A stretch of DNA of 64,000 nucleotides from an uncultured Trueperaceae bacterium (lineage in GTDB: Bacteria > Deinococcota > Deinococci > Deinococcales > Trueperaceae): positions 256,001 through 320,000 of the forward strand of contig CAVSGP010000009.1 of assembly GCA_963727505.1 (NCBI GenBank), read 5' to 3'. Positions within the stretch are counted from its first letter, which is position 1. Each line of letters begins with the position of its first letter. The notes beneath the pieces are model-generated. The model searched no databases. It was not told the origin of the DNA and saw only the letters and a list, made by a program, of their open reading frames with translations. The position numbers were made by a program, and so were the translations under genes. Below are positions 63,377 to 64,000 of this stretch, in pieces.

Positions 63377-63804
63377 GCCTCCCATCCTAGCTGTCTGCCG
63401 GAGGCGTCGCGCAGCGTGGCGCGTCGCGCAGTGCCCTCACGTTCGAGCTCGAGCCAGAGCGCGTCCGGGTGGAGGGCGAGCAGCCCGGCCCCCCACTCCA
63501 CCACCACCAGCCGGGCGCGCTCGAGCGTCTCGTCGAGCCCGAGCTGCTCCAGCGTCGCGGCGTCGGGCAGACGATAGGCGTCGATATGCACCAGCACGCC
63601 CTGCGGTGTCGGGTACTCGTGCACCAGCGTGTAGGTGGGGCTGGTGACGGCTGCGTCGGAGCCCAGCGCCGCCACCAGGTAGCGCGTCAGGGTCGTCTTG
63701 CCGGCGCCGAGGGGCCCGGTGAGCACCAGCAAGGAACCGCCCGGCGCCCGTTGCAGCAGGCGCCGGGCGAGTGCGCGGGTGTCCTCAAGCGTGCGCAGGT
63801 CCAC
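63373..63804 (-). CDS. tsaE: tRNA t6A biosynthesis ATPase TsaE
   Basis: 'GPLGAGKTT', 'TSPTYTLVHEY', 'HIDAYRL', 'VEW'. Confidence 0.93.
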   Translation of the reverse strand: MDLRTLEDTRALARRLLQRAPGGSLLVLTGPLGAGKTTLTRYLVAALGSDAAVTSPTYTLVHEYPTPQGVLVHIDAYRLPDAATLEQLGLDETLERARLVVVEWGAGLLALHPDALWLELEREGTARRATLRDASGRQLGWEA

Positions 63805-64000
63805 CGTGGGTGCCGGATAGGGCGGCCGCCAGCCCCTCGAGGTCACGGCGCAGCCGGCTCGAGAGCAGGGCCAGGTCGGAGCTCGAGCGAAGGCTGAGGA
63901 GCAGCGTGTGCTCGGTCGTGGGCCACGCCGCCAGCACGACGCCGCCCTCGTATTCGAGAGTGGCGAGGCGGGGTGTCGCCTGACCCAGGGCCTTCGCCCC
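63785..64000 (-). CDS. Partial CDS, Roadblock/LC7-like C-terminus (not in ORF track)
   Basis: My translation: ...GAKALGQATPRLATLEYEGGVVLAAWPTTEHTLLLSLRSSSDLALLSSRLRRDLEGLAAAL...*. Confidence 0.55.
   Translation of the reverse strand, partial: GAKALGQATPRLATLEYEGGVVLAAWPTTEHTLLLSLRSSSDLALLSSRLRRDLEGLAAALSGTHGGPAHA

Overview
High-GC bacterial chromosomal window made almost entirely of housekeeping genes. It is most consistent with Deinococcota (Trueperaceae-like); this is inferred from protein similarity, a non-DNPR MurE motif, futalosine-pathway genes and many apparently leaderless genes. It holds about 63 CDS and an initiator tRNA-Met, and I found no transposase, integrase, prophage or CRISPR array. 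Main blocks: an acuABC acetylation operon headed by a 1065-aa NTPase-TPR (STAND-like) gene; mqnC-deaminase-trxA; acnA; a CsoR-family regulator with its operator; rsmI-mfd; era/tRNA/moeB/pdp/murE and two deoxynucleoside kinases; alr; amino-acid and sugar ABC systems without local ATPases; recG; a serA-aminotransferase-histidine phosphatase operon; and an envelope cluster (tsaE-tsaB frameshifted, mreB-S55 peptidase-lpxD-lpxC-Gfo/Idh/MocA-fabZ-lpxA-lpxB-like-msbA-like-GT2). A second mreB paralog lies at 2.2-3.2 kb. The best novelty candidates are the STAND-TPR/acuABC unit, the atypical lipid A operon, a structured repeat-containing intergenic element at 4.3-4.6 kb, a permease with an inserted half substrate-binding domain, and a non-canonical serine pathway. 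All calls come from reading motifs by eye; no database searches were run. Many start codons were adjusted from the supplied ORF track.
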